This document shows, piece after piece, positions 48,164 to 64,000 of a DNA stretch of 64,000 bases. A program made the position numbers and the translations under genes. The DNA is taken from the NCBI GenBank assembly GCA_903813345.2, contig CAIIXF020000001.1, positions 48,360,001-48,424,000 on the forward strand. Direction: 5' to 3'. The notes under the pieces were generated by a model, which was not told the origin of the DNA, did not search any database, and saw nothing but the letters and a program-made list of their open reading frames with translations. Positions within the stretch are counted from its first letter, which is position 1; every line of letters begins with the position of its first letter. The stretch is from Owenia fusiformis. Lineage: Eukaryota.

Positions 48164-48739
48164 CATTTAGGTACCCTGCGTGCAGAGTCTACAGCCCATT
48201 TCACTGTTTTATTTCGTCAGTAGAACCCCCCAAAATAAGAAATCAGGAGACCATTGTGCAATAATTTATGTAAAAGTTTATTCATATTGTACATCCCTCT
48301 GCCTAGTATAGACTTTACTACAGTTTAGCAGCCCCACCCCCACGACCATGACAGCTTTGGTCAATAATTATTTCAAACCTACCACGCTAACCTTTTCTCA
48401 ACCAATTAGCGAGGTGGAAGAAACACATGCTAAATGCATGCACAATAATTATGCGATTATGCCAGATACCATATATATAAAGTCGTCCTAATTCCTACGA
48501 TGCACTCTGATTAGCTCGGTGAGTTCAGAGGTTTATTGATAACTGAAATAGTCAGCATTTGCGTTAACGTAAAAAACTTGCGTATTTACGCGGATTTTTG
48601 GCCCAGGACCCCGATATTTAAGCTCTATTGCTTCCCCAGGACGTAAATTTACTTGTCATGGATAATTTCAGAAACCCTTACCTTAATAATCGATGAAAAA
48701 CTGAACGTAAATGGCACTAAAAACAAAAGATATATTCTG

Positions 48740-49067
48740 ATTTTTTCCACTTCCGTGTTTGTAAATATAGTGATGACGCGCATGCGTTGAATAAACAATA
48801 TTACCTCCCATGATTCCATTGATCACATGCTTAATTTGTAAGCCAATTAAACTGTCGATCTTGCAGAAATCATTCCCACAATTCATTCGCTACCGATCAC
48901 CTTCCTCTTGGACAAAATGGCGAACTATCTTTCGATCAGTTGCACTAAGAAGCGCCATTTTCTTCATTTTCCAATTCGATTATCGCACATTATGATAACA
49001 AATGAATTCATTATGTATTGAATGAAACATTTCCTTAAAGTTTGTCTGCCTAAAAACAATTGAATCG
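48740..49067 (+). promoter_or_regulatory. Putative CDC42 promoter and non-coding first exon
   Basis: ETS-like CACTTCCG near 48748, NRF1-like GCGCATGCG at 48778-48786, CCAAT at 48843, YY1-like motifs at 48914 and 48953, Inr-like TCAGTT at 48936. Splice donor G|GTAATA at 49067/49068 and acceptor at 49304. Confidence 0.5.
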
Positions 49068-49312
49068 GTAATAAATGATACATCAGTGTGGGTCTTAAGA
49101 TTTTCAGTCACTCGACAAGTGGCAATCGGCTTATGTTTTCACACTCACCTTTTGAAAATCAATCCGACCCAGGGTCGCACTCTTGGACAAACCTACTGAA
49201 AGCAGTACCCCTGTACTATGCCTGGTATATCCTTTACTACTTATTTACTCTATTCTATTCACTATACATGTACTTATACTTTGATTTTAATTTTGTACTT
49301 TCAGAAAAATAA

Positions 49313-51676
<2,364 letters not shown>

Positions 51677-53862
51677 AGTGACAGACACTTATACTATAAT
51701 ATACAACTTCGACCCCACATTAACATGGAACACACACACACACACAGGATAGACACTACATACACAACTCTGGCTGCAACACCAACTAATAGGTTTATGT
51801 GACAGTAAAAGTCTGCAACTTGGGAGTATGTCATATATGCTGGTTCGTGATACAGTATGATAAATATGACTGTGTGATACTTGGATGTTGTCAACCATTG
51901 AGCATCAAATGAATGCGAATGGATTATTGAAAACTTTATAGAAGCGAGGATCAACAATTTGACTGTCTGCAAATAATATAATAATGGATATCGATATAGA
52001 CATGCCTTATCTGTTGGCTTAACCTTGACGTTAGTATCTAGAAGAATATGAGATTTATCCCATTTGTGTATTTGGATATATACCTGTTCTACACCTTGAC
52101 TGATTGCATATCCCTAGCAGAATATCTGATGTTTGAATCTAAAGAAATCTTGAATGTATTGTCTAATCCTGATTTCTTATTTGGGAGATTAGATTGATGA
52201 AATCATCCTTGTCTGTTTGTCTCAGAGAGGAAGTTAGATTGTTCAGGGGTCAATTCTCATACATCTCACGGTTCAAGTGTTATAAAATTACGAAAACGAA
52301 ATTAATTTTGTTCTCTTTGAATCTTGATTTGTCTTGGAATTTCCCTTGCAAGGATAGTGTATATAGACTGCTGGATTGATTTGCATGTGGAGTTTGGTGC
52401 AATCACTGTAATGTTTGAGTGGATTGGAATATTTGTACATATACATTTTTATTACAAGTCAAAAACACAAAAATAATTTTGTACAGTATGTATACATGTA
52501 GATAACTTCTTAGTTAGTTATGTAATGAGACTTAGGGCGTTACTAGGAAACCTAGATTATTTATCTAATCCCAACTCATGACATGTAAATTCCCCTTGCA
52601 AATACTTTATGAATTAATCTTAACGAACCTTTCTTATGTAGACTGATTTCCATACTATTCAACAGAGTGTGACTTTTAGCCAAGTTCATGCCATTTTTGA
52701 GTATTAATTATTACATTTTCCATATTTTTTTTTTGAAATAGAAGCAAGGACAAGAACTAGAGATTTATATTTTGGAAGTACAGGATCAGCTAATGTAGTT
52801 TTTACTGAATTACAATTCCTAAGTCAGTTTTGTAAAACATTAAATGTGACTTGAGTAAGATTAATATGGTGAGAATTCTCATACATACCACATACCCTCG
52901 AAATTTATTTAATTTTTATATCTCAAGATTTTCAAGTCAGTTTTTCGTGAAATTTCGCCCTGTTTTCGTGTAAAACAGATTATGACTTGAGAATTTTGTT
53001 TTGCATAAGTATAGTATATATGAAGTTAATATACTAGTGTTGAATCTGGTCTCTCAGTTTTGTGAATTGTTTCATTTATCAAATCCCTTTCCTCACCAAA
53101 CTGGTTATAACTTTGAATCCATGGTCCCACTATGCCCTAGATATCCGTTTATATAGAGATATTTAGAGCGTAGGATACCCCATGGGCAATGTTAAGATCC
53201 ATGTGTATTTTCGGAATTGTGATCATATGATATATAAAGTGCTTATAAGCAAACATGTATTTGTTGTGTAAGGAAAACATGATCCCAGCCAAAATTGTAT
53301 TTTTAAAAACATGTATATTATATAATTTAGTAAAGCACACAAAGTTGGTTGGTTTCGTATCGTGAGAGATCGGGTTATGCTACATAATTACATGATAGTA
53401 TGGTATTAAATGCATTTTGTATGTCTAACTTATATTATATGTCCAACAAAATGTCAGAAAAAAATATATAAACTATAAAAATAAAAAACAAATCTACAAA
53501 TACTAAACAATTTTCTGTTGCAATGTGTATGTATCTTTTGACTAAAATGAGCTACGAAACAGCAAGAAAACTAAAGAAACCTCAAAGTTACCAATCGGGA
53601 AAAGCTACTTTTGACAATTCAGAAAAATTGTTTAAACCATAGGGTAATTGAATTGGGAATACACCAAAGAAATGGTCTATATGAAACCTCTATGTAAATA
53701 GAGTTACTGTTGATCACCCCTTGTTCTTGGTTTGATAGAGTAGACCAACCCCATGGTAGGCATGGTAGGATTGATGACTTTGGTGAGAAATATCCAAGAT
53801 TCATGGCATTTTAAGGCAACTGCGAGGTAAAAAATAATAAAATGTATCTAAAGTCCTTTTAG

Positions 53863-54140
53863 TAGCCTAGCTACAAGCCTCTGTGACCCCCACCCCTCAA
53901 TGTAACTGACAAAACACCTTCTCACACACATTTGTTGTGCAGGGGCTTGTAGCTAGACTAACAAATGTTACCATTAGTCACTGAGTTATGCCTGGGTCAC
54001 ATTTGCTGTGATTCATCGGCCAGTGCCTTGCTGATTGAGTATTCTGTTCAAAACTGAATACATTTGTCAACAGGATACTCAATCGGCCGGGCGCCGGCCA
54101 ATGAATCGGAGCAAATTTGACCCAGGTATTATGAGACTTA
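53863..54140. mobile_element. Two adjacent short hairpin elements between the CDC42 and PTPN11 3' ends
   Basis: TAGCCTAGCTACAAGCC / GGCTTGTAGCTAGACTA (53863-53960) and CCTGGGTCACATTTGCT / AGCAAATTTGACCCAGG (about 53975-54140). Confidence 0.6.
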
Positions 54141-54340
54141 GCAGTATAATAAAAGATATTATCTCTCAAAACACTCTGCGAATATGACAAGACCTTGTTT
54201 TCATTTTTGACAAACACATGCATGTTTAATTTATCTTACTTTATTGCTCTTAAATAATAACATTAATATTATTATTTTATTAATGGCAAAATCCTGCATG
54301 AGCAAGACCCTGACCTTAATTCTTACAGTATAACACCAGC

Positions 54341-54397
54341 TGTACATACAATGTATATATGTACATACAATGTATATATGTACATACAATGTATATT
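54341..54397. repeat. 20-bp tandem repeat x3 in the PTPN11 3'UTR region
   Basis: GTACATACAATGTATATAT repeated. Confidence 0.8.
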
Positions 54398-55821
54398 TAC
54401 AAAACATTCATTCATGATTACAATTTGCATTTTGACTAATTTCATCTTTAGGTATTCCATTTTATGTACAATTTTGAGCTAAACTCCATGCTTGCACGTT
54501 ATATTAGCGATTTTCTTGTTTCCTTTCTATAATACCATGGAACAATTGAACAAGAAAAAACATTCTTCTAGTTATCTTAATATATTATATCTTCTTATTT
54601 TTCAAAATGCATTTTTTAATGCTTTCTTTACATTAATAGTCTGTAAGCTGTGTAAAGTACTAAAAAATTAAATAATTTTCATTGATAAATAATATGAATT
54701 TTCAGATGATTGTATCCTGTTACCCGGATATTTGCTAAATTTTTTTGAACTTACAAGGGATGGTACCTTTTAGTTTTCAGTTAAAGTAAAATGAGAACAT
54801 TAATCGACAAACTAGGATACTGAACATCACATATGTTTCAACGAGAATTATTTCATTTCTGAAGACAAACATTCATTGGACATACAGAACTATGACACTA
54901 TAATAGCAGTGAAAAGTTATTTTTTCCAAAAGTAGAGAGATGCTGTCCCCAGCTAAAATTTCATTGCTTCAATTGTAAACTTGAGCAATCTCGACACTGA
55001 CCAGTGTTCCCTTAGTATCAAATACTGGATTGTCCTGATAGTATTCAACATTTTATTAAATTATGTGTGTTTGATACAAGTTGTAATTATACAATTTGCA
55101 ATGATGTGATTCAATGTCACCACCTGTTTGCAATTATAAAAGAGTAACAATATGTCACACATACAAAATGCTATCACTGATGCTGAATAATGTCGCAAAA
55201 ACTAATGGGTAAAACATGTTACCCTTTTTGGTGGTGACATAAAAATGCAATGGTACTCTACAATGCGAGATAAATATCAGGATGTTAATACTGTAAAACA
55301 TGTGACATCCCTTTTCATGAATGTATATTTTTTAGTGTCAATAGGTTCATGAAGAGACCATTTTTCAGAACTTTATTCATTCTTATCAATGGTTATTTGC
55401 CCTTAGGTTAATTTCTGAAATCCACCATCAGCTTTAGCATGAAGCTGAAACTGAAGCTACCATGTTTCCCATAATATAAACACACATGTTGCTGTTGTAT
55501 GACACTTTTAATGTTCATGCAATGTAACATCTCAAATTGCACAAATAAGTTAAATTAATCCAATGTATAACACAAAGATTCAACTATTTCAAATATTTTG
55601 ACATAATCTCTATCTTTGTGAATGTACCCATTGTTATTAAATAATTTTCATATTTTTAAAAATCTGTATGACGATGGCATGGTCCCCAAATCCTCCAATT
55701 TTGATGTTTTATGTACCAATACTTGAGAAATCACATTTCATCGTACAGTAACTTTGATGAGATTATGGGGATCTCTGCTAAGGTATCGGCTAAATGTTGA
55801 ATGTCTCTATAAATGGGTGGG

Positions 55822-58800
55822 TCATTTCTTCCCATGGTGCTTGTCTTTGCTAAATGGTCCTAAGTTCTGATACAGTTCAGGGGGAATCCTGGAAAATGAA
55901 CATTATTTTCATCACATAAAATCTGTGTATATGGAACACCTTCAGAACTGGCCAAAATTGTTTCTCCAAACTCAGGGCTACATATCTTATAGTCCTATAA
56001 TATAAACTAGTGTTCTATTAAGAGAGTTTATTGCAAGTAAATGTGTTCTTTTGGGTTCTTTGTTCTTTTCAAAACTGTTCAATGGAGAGAGAGAGAGCTC
56101 ATTATAACTCAATTAGACTTGATTCTTTTGGCAAAAATTCCATGGAGAGCAAGAGAGCTTAGTTAATGAGACTTGGTTCTTTTGAACTGTTCGATGTGGA
56201 GAGAGGGGGGCCATTATAAGCCAATGGGACTTGGTTCTTTTCAAATTGTATCATGATGAGAGAAATGTTCATTACAAATAAATGATTCTTTGAAAACATG
56301 TAGAGAAGTGTTCCTTAATAGAGAGTTGTTCCGACAGATGAGTTTTACTGTATCTTGGTGCTGTCTAAAAATATACGAGGGGTGATCCAAAAGTCTTGGA
56401 CGCCCTGCTCTAATTTTGTTGGTTTTTGATAAAATTACTTTAAACTTTCCAATAATAAAGACCAACAACCTAACTACTTTGTGTATTGATTTCATGGTGA
56501 AATGATATATTTTATGTAGTTTTTTCGATAGTTATTAACATAGTGACCCTGCCACCCGGAACGGTATTCGCACATGGTAACTTTCAGCCTTAAATGTTGC
56601 CGCTATTTAACTTGTTTTGCAAGTCTTGACCACTATCTATCCTTAAATTTTGAATGTTAAACAATGTTAGTTTACTTCCTTTGTTACTAGACAACCAATT
56701 AATTGTGTTTTAATCATAATGTCATATATGGCAATGGCCGTTTATGTCAAGTTCTAAGAAAATGACATCAGACAATCAAACCTCATTTTGGTGTCATTTT
56801 TACGCCAAGATGGCTGCTGAAATTCTGAACATGAAATTGGAACAAAGAATACTACAATATATTTTTACTATTATTGACATTAAGCAGCCACCGTATGCAC
56901 GATATAGTCTAGATATGGCTCAGTGTGATTTTCTTCCTTTTCTCCAAGTTGAAAGGAGGGTTGAAAGAAAATGTTTTTTACTCATTGGATGAGGTTTAGA
57001 GTGGCACTCCAGCAGCATTTGTATCACATAGGCAATGGCCGTTTCATAAATGTCTTTCATTCATTGGTAAAGCGGTTTGAAAAATGTGTTCAAAGTGGAA
57101 AATATGTTGAAAAGTAGGTCTTAATATGTGAAGATGATGATGGCAGATGACACTCAGACTGAAAATCGGAAATTCTATCATATCATGACTGGTGTTAGGT
57201 TGTGCACCTGCACCTAAAGTATTTGCCATATTATAACAGTTGTGACGTGATTTGCTATATTTAAATACCGTTCCGGGTGGCAGGAACCCGGTATCAAAAA
57301 ATGTTTAGAAAAGTAGCTAAAATATATTAGTTTCTGTTGAAACTTATACACATAGTTGTTAAGATGTTGATCTTTATTATCTGAAAGTTTCATGTAATTA
57401 TATGAGAAAATAGCAAAGTTAGAGCGGGGCGTCCAAGACTTTTGGATCACCCCTCGTATGATATAACAAAAATATAAATGAATTAAACTCACTTTGGTAA
57501 CTCTTTGTGTTTATGCCTGGGTGGGGCCAGTGGGATAGGAGATGAGAGAGCTGGTAGGGAGTTAGGGGGGTCTCCACACCCTAAGGCTTCTGCTGCACAT
57601 TTTATATTGGTATAATCACGTCCAGTTTTCTGACTATTCTGAAAAAACAAAGCCATATATAAATTAGATCGGTATGTCATTGAAAAGATAACCAGTAGTT
57701 CTAAAATTAAAAATGGGTTGCCTAACGAAACCATAATTTAGTCAGTAAAAGGCATATATCATAAGTATTTGCTCACATTTATTTATTTTATTATATTTGC
57801 TCACAACATTTATTTATTAATTTTATTACAAGATATTCATTTAGAGCTCAGTGTAATAGCTTAGTGACAACTGCAGGTAATATTGAAGCAAGGCACCATG
57901 TTTCCAGATGCCCTAATGGTGAATGACATGGACATAGTAAGGCCTTTTAAAGTTAATCAAGTGTTTAATGACCCATTGAGGAGCTAAATCTTAGGGATGG
58001 GATGGCCTAAGAGAGAGCCTACCTGTTTAGCCTGTAGCCGTTGAGATACTGTGTCTATGTAATGCTGAACTGCCATGTAAACAAACTTGTACTGTGCCTC
58101 TGTCTGTACCATACCAGATCTCTGAGACCTCACCAACTGAATTGTTTTTTGGATATCTATCTCACAATCTAAGCCTGAAATTGATACACAATCTAGTATT
58201 TACTTAAATCCTATGTTTTAGAAGCTACAACAATGCCATGAACATGTCAGCACATTTGAATATATATCCTATGTTTTAGAAGCTACAACAATGCCATGAA
58301 CATGTCAGCACATTTGAATATATAGTGTTCTTAACCAGTTTTCTCTTAAGACTTTCTCTTAAGGCAAATAATTTTTATAGCAGTTCTGTCTATGAGACCT
58401 TCAACAGCACTCAAAATATTTTAATTCTAATATCTTGTGAAACAATTTTTCAAATTCATAAACATTTAACATTGAAAAATTTTGACCAACTTTTTTCAAA
58501 GTATATAACTGACATTACATGGGGTCGTGTGGTCACTGATGCTTAATTACTCGAAATCTGTCACTACTCTCATAACCTACCTTGCCTGGTTATTTGATTA
58601 AGTATAATGTCTATGACTATAAATGTTCCTGTACGACCAATGCCAGCACTGGAATAAACAAAACAAGTTTCAAAAGTAAATATCAATGTATTGAAGAGCA
58701 CAACAATATTTAAGAAAATGGGTCTGAACATTTTTTCAAAAGGTCTCATTGATGGTTTTGAAATGGTACACTAACCATTCAATTGCTGCATTAAGGTTAA

Positions 58801-61800
58801 CTCTACACTTTATATGGTGATAGATTGAAGTGAGGTTTACAGTATCATTGCTCCAGGTTATCAAAAGCAAAGGAATTGGACTGTAAATATGTCAAATACA
58901 AGATGGCAGTCAGGCCATGGACCTTTTAGAATATATTGCTTTAACTACCTTTTAGAATATATTGCTTTAACTACCTTTTAGAATATATTGCTTTAACTAC
59001 CTCTTAGAATATATTGCTTTAACTACCTTTTAGAATATATTGCTTTAACTACCTTTTAGAATATATTGCTTTAACTACCTCTTAGAATATATTGCTTTAA
59101 CTACCTTTTAGAATATATTGCTTTAACTACCTTTTAAAATATATTGCTTTAACTACCTTTTGGAATATGATGTTTTAACTTGTTTAATGATACACACAAT
59201 TACTTTTTAACCATAAATGACTGCCACTAACCTGCAATGTACTAGGGTAGTTCTATATAAGGTAGAAGGAGATGGAGCCTCCTGTATAAGCGATTCCTGT
59301 CTTTTGTTGACATCATGAAGGAAATTGAGCACACACCCAGGGTCATTTGGTACACCATGGTCAGGCCAGACTTTAAAGTGGTACTGAAAGACTTTATGGT
59401 ATTCCTCTTTTGAGTCCTGTGAATAAATGAGAGGGATTTTATAATTAGAGACATTATAGTTTCTGTAATTGATGATTGTATATGCTATAATCTCATCTGA
59501 AATGTTATGTCAGGTTGTATTAAAAATACGATAACCTGAATATGTGCAGCGTTAAATTAGATTTGTAATCAAATTAAAACCAGGGTAAGTGGAACACATT
59601 TTGAACCTCAAAACAGCATTTCAGTTTATTGGAGGTGATCCACTTTCAGATATTCATTATATTTGAAGTTTACAGATAACAGAACTTGAAAATGTTTTTC
59701 ACTTTTGAAAGTGTTCCATTTAACAGGGATTTACTGTACACATATAGATGCAAAAGCGATGCTATGATATAGTGCATTACTTCTGGGACAACCCTCGTAT
59801 ATCTAAGTTTGTACACTCACCGAGTCATCATTCCGCTTAGCTGAAACGATAAACTCTCGTAATGTGTAATCTGATGTTGTCGTCTCTTGAATATTTTTCA
59901 CCACAATATTCAATGTGTGGGATTTGATTTCTTTGGTTGCTTCACATTCTGGCCAATACCTTGCACATTTATTCTGAAAAACAATAAATCTCACGCTCAG
60001 CTCACAGTGTATGCCTCTTAGACTACAATGAATCATTGGTTATTGGATTGGAAATACTTTGAATGGCTGATTTGCAATAGATTTAAACACTTATATAGTG
60101 CTGGCACTTATAAGTTCTTACCTTTCCACGTTCCACTTCTTTGGTTGTCATGACGATAACTCCAACGTTTTCTTGCCAGACCATTCTCCAAAAGTCACTT
60201 ATAGTGTTTGGCATACAACCCTGGGTGGCCAGGTATTTTTTATGATCTGCCTCAGGAAAAATTGCACCAGGCTCATCTTCCCCCTGCAGATAAATGTGTC
60301 TAATGTAAATGTGTTTTGTTTCTCATAAAATTACTGATCTCATAATGCATGTACTGCAGATTGAATTAACATTGAAGTAAAACATGCAAAATCTAATAAT
60401 TCTGCTGCCTTATAAATAAATTGTTTAGTAATCAAATGTAAATGAGCTATGGTCAAATATCATTCACAATCTAAATAAAGCACAAATTGTGGTCAAAATA
60501 AAAGTTCTTACATCAATATGATTGGCATTTATGTAGTCTGATCCAACGACATCTGGATCTCCATCTTTTAGCATAACCCTGGTATGGTCAACTGAAAATG
60601 CAGATGTACATATACTCATACTGAAAATAACTTTCCCTGGCTAAAGAAACAATGTTTCAGACTCTAAATACAACAAAGTCACTCAGAAACATTTACAGCA
60701 AAGAATAACAGTTTATAGTATTGATTCAAAATTCTTAACAGAATGATTGGGAAATCTCAATTCTCAGCAGGAACGAAATCAGATTAGGCACAGCATTAAT
60801 GTATTGAACTACTTACAAGGTAATATATTTTATATCTATTTTTGGCTTTATTTTCTGGTCTATTGCCCTCTTTTCTGCTATAGAGATGTTTACACTCTTG
60901 TTGTTGCAGTTGCTAGAAATATAAAACATCACAATATACCATAACAACTAAAAATATTTTGTTCAGAATTAAATCACTTTTGTCTTTATTCCTCAAACAA
61001 TATCAAGTTGTACCTCTTCTGTATACTGCATGTTTCCTACCATTGTCCACACCCTGAACATTGCATGAACACAACCCGTCACTCTTTATGAAAAAGGCTT
61101 GGGGATATCTTGCAAGTTTCTACATTTTGTTTTCATTTTATCATGAAACAAAAATTAACAAAATCATATTTCACCAGCTAATTTAAACAAAATCCTATCA
61201 ATATTCGACTGTATATTGTAGTTCATTACCTCAAATTCTTCCCAGAAGCCAGCCTTTCCACTGGTGGTTGTGCCTGCCTTGTGTTCTTTCTGTAGTTCTT
61301 TTACTCTGTTCTCTATACCAGATGCATTGATACGTGTTGCATTGAAAGGCTGAAACATGTAAGTACATAGAATATTAATAACAAAATTCATAAAACACAA
61401 GATGAAATGTTTTAAATTCTTTTGTTCTAATATGTCTGGCAATGATTGGCTCTGACACGTAAGTACATACCAATTCACAAACCAACAACTTTAATTGAAA
61501 CACATACTTCTGTATAATACTAACATGTAGCAAAATACAAACATGACAGGATATTATAAGCACAGTATGAGGGGACTAGCCTAGCCCCTAAAAGAAAAGA
61601 TCTTGATCCTACATTTTAAAGGATAATAGTTTTGGGTATGACAATCCTTGTAAACAGGTGTTAAAGGACCAAATCCCCACCATGCATGTGGGGAACCCGA
61701 TCCTCTAATTTTTTACCACCATACATGTGGGAACCCGATCCTGTAATTTATTACCACCATGCATGTGCGGAACCCGATCCTCTAATTTTTTACCACCATA

Positions 61801-63246
61801 CATGTGAGGAAACCAGTCCTCTTATTATGAAGTGTACAATAACTGATGAGAATTTCTCACCTGTTTTAAATGTACCACAGTACCAGATGTCTCCACCATG
61901 GGGTTCTTCTTATAATGTTCAACCAGGTCTGATAAACTGTCAAATTGTTCTCCTCCAGTTAAATCAAATCTCCCATCCTAGAAAACATATACAAAAATAC
62001 ATAAGTTAAAAAAGTATATATATAAGTATGACTGATTTTTTAAGGGCCATAAACTGATTTAGATAAATAAAGGCCAATATATGACTGTCAATATATATGT
62101 CATTATAAGTCAATATACTTAAGTAGTTATTTTAGAATATGAGGTCCAGCTTGGTTGTTATGCCACAGAAATTTGGACCCATAAACTCAGCAGTTATTCT
62201 AAAATTGCATAAACTATATTGCATATTACAAATAAAGAACTATATGAGCTGTTTTTCTTAGAAGTGGCTAAATTTCACATACTCAACAAACATTTCCCTA
62301 CCCCATAGTCATCGATCAAACAATATGTAGTCTCTAAGCATTTGAATGAGAAACATTTATGACTTATTAATATCCTAAAGTGTATCACGTTAAATAAACA
62401 AGGCCGCTGTAAGTAAGTAATAATTCACCTCAGGAAAATGCCCTTCTACGTGTATTTATTGAAAAGTACAGTCAGCAACACATATATAGATAAAGCTAAT
62501 ATATGCATGGCAGAATACCTTGTGGTAAAACATTAAGTCTTATAGGGTATTGTGACATTTGTACTCATTCATCTAATAGTGCATATACATTTTAACTTCC
62601 TTGTGTATTTTTATCACACAATTTATATGCTCACATGTTTTTTTGTAAATTCTTTTTTTTATGGGACCATGTACAATTAATGCAAGTTTGGCCTTCATGT
62701 TTTTAATATAATTTTAGTATATTTAATAGAGTTCCAGAATCTGATACTATATATATATAGTATATCTATCTAACTAAGATTTTGTGATCAGTTGTTCCTG
62801 ATATGTGAACAGTATCCTCTTTTTATCTTTTATATTCCAGCTCTGGTGTCTTACCACTCTTTCACTGACACTCTGTGGTACTGGGAATTTTGGACATATG
62901 TGAACATGAAACCAGTAAGCAAGTACACAAGGTCCCTTGGGAAGATTACTTGATCTTGTGTAATTCTCTGCCCCCCTCAATCATCTACCTACTTCTTTTT
63001 ATCCCGAGAATGTTATGTAATGCTTTGTTTTATCTTACATGATGCACATAAGAGAATGATGTGAAACAAAAAACACCTACCTGCTGGCATCGTATCATTA
63101 CATGTGTAACCTTATCCTCAGTTCTTACAGAAAGAACAAAACCTCCAGGCTGACTTTGGCTCTCACGTACAAGATAGCTGCCATTTTTGCCTCGTTCCTG
63201 AAGCGACTTTTCCGCCTCTTTTCCAGATATATGTCCATGGAACCAC
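55822..63246 (-). CDS. PTPN11: Tyrosine-protein phosphatase non-receptor type 11 (SHP2/corkscrew); N-SH2 exons lie beyond the window; apparent 1-nt frameshift near 60828-60831
   Basis: 12 exons on the minus strand: 63246-63081 (C-SH2 [12 protein letters not shown]...YLVRES), 61977-61861, 61349-61230 (GFWEEFE), 60912-60817, 60591-60512, 60283-60122 (YLATQG...DFWRMVWQE), 59973-59821, 59416-59232 (WPDHGVP...VHCS), 58648-58581 (AGIGRTGT), 58174-58023 ([12 protein letters not shown]), 57638-57493 (DYTNI), 55888-55822 (LYQNL, TGA). Minus-strand AATAAA at 54245-54240. Confidence 0.95.
56376..57456 (+). mobile_element. Degenerate mariner (Tc1/mariner) transposon in the last PTPN11 intron
   Basis: TA|CGAGGGGTGATCCAAAAGTCTTGGACGCCC ... 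GGGCGTCCAAGACTTTTGGATCACCCCTCG|TA. ORF 56744-56992 has [19 protein letters not shown], a decayed mariner YSPDLAPxDF motif. Confidence 0.88.
58207..58323. repeat. Tandem duplication of about 59 bp
   Basis: ATCCTATGTTTTAGAAGCTACAACAATGCCATGAACATGTCAGCACATTTGAATATAT twice. Confidence 0.85.
58921..59180. repeat. 26-bp minisatellite, about 10 copies
   Basis: Unit ACCTTTTAGAATATATTGCTTTAACT. Confidence 0.95.
61677..61815. repeat. About 39-bp tandem repeat, about 3.5 copies
   Basis: CCACCATGCATGTG.GGAACCCGATCCTCTAATTTTTA repeated. Confidence 0.85.
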
Positions 63247-64000
63247 CTTGAAACCACACCAATCATATTACATGTATGTATTTTCCAAAAGTTGTAAGGC
63301 AACCATGTTAAGTATATTTCATAATATGATTTTATTTATCTTTAAGAATTCATGGCCAAAATCTTAATATGTAGGTATAAATAGATCAATAGCTTATATT
63401 TAATAGCTTGTAGCTAAGTACATTTAACCTCTACTTGCATACATAAATGCAAACATGTACAATACAATTAAATCATATGTTTAACAAAAGTAGATGAACA
63501 TCATGAAAGTCACCCCCACCACCCACCCAGTTGTGGGTAAAGCTGTTACGCTGTAGTGGGCTGGTAAGCCCCAAATATACTTTCCAAAATGGTAGTTATC
63601 CCTTTTTTTAGAAAATGTTTAGTCATACATAATTAGCAACTTTGTCAAAAGTTTGGTCAAAGTTAATCATGTTTTTCAATGTTTTGGTCAAAATCTCACC
63701 ATTCTGATAACAGATATGATAGTCTTGTTATTGTCATAATTAGTAAAAAATAATCAAAAAGTTTGGGTCATTCTACCAATAAGATTGATTTATCCTATGC
63801 CAAGTAGAGTTTTAGGGAGATAAGTTGGCAAGATATATCCCGTATCCTGATTTTGAGGTTTCCATATCCAGAACCTCCATATCCCCTGCCATATCTTCCG
63901 CTTCGGTGCATATTTCCCCGCTTCACTGAAAACTCTACTTGGTATAGGATAAAGCAGTTATGTACGGTCGGTTTGGATATGGGGTTCATCCCTCGTGAGA

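Noticed and set aside
48917..49021. 34-codon uORF with strong Kozak context upstream of CDC42
   Set aside because: Its ATG is part of a YY1-like motif and lies upstream of the Inr-like TCAGTT at 48936, so it is probably not transcribed. The TSS is unknown.

Overview
AT-rich eukaryotic genomic DNA with GT-AG spliceosomal introns, from an invertebrate animal (probably a lophotrochozoan such as a mollusc; inferred from protein style and repeat types). No prokaryotic features, rRNA, tRNA or CRISPR are supported. Five genes were reconstructed by hand from splice sites and reading-frame continuity. (1) A 5'-truncated, 24-exon uncharacterised LRR/LRRcap protein gene (+, 576-17880, about 986 aa visible). 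(2) COX5B (+, 24601-33812, 148 aa). (3) TARDBP/TDP-43 (+, 36132-42830, 455 aa). (4) CDC42 (+, 49319-51676, 191 aa). (5) A 5'-truncated PTPN11/SHP2 (-, 63246-55822) with an apparent 1-nt deletion in its NRYKNILP motif. Introns and intergenic DNA hold many non-autonomous DNA transposons, classified tentatively by termini and target-site duplications (TSDs), plus several minisatellites. The most unusual structures are a 2.1-kb nested foldback upstream of CDC42, an 832-bp CAC-ended palindromic element with a 5-bp TSD, an insertion that duplicated a splice donor, and a possible TDP-43 autoregulatory 3' region. All coordinates were read by eye and no database searches were run.
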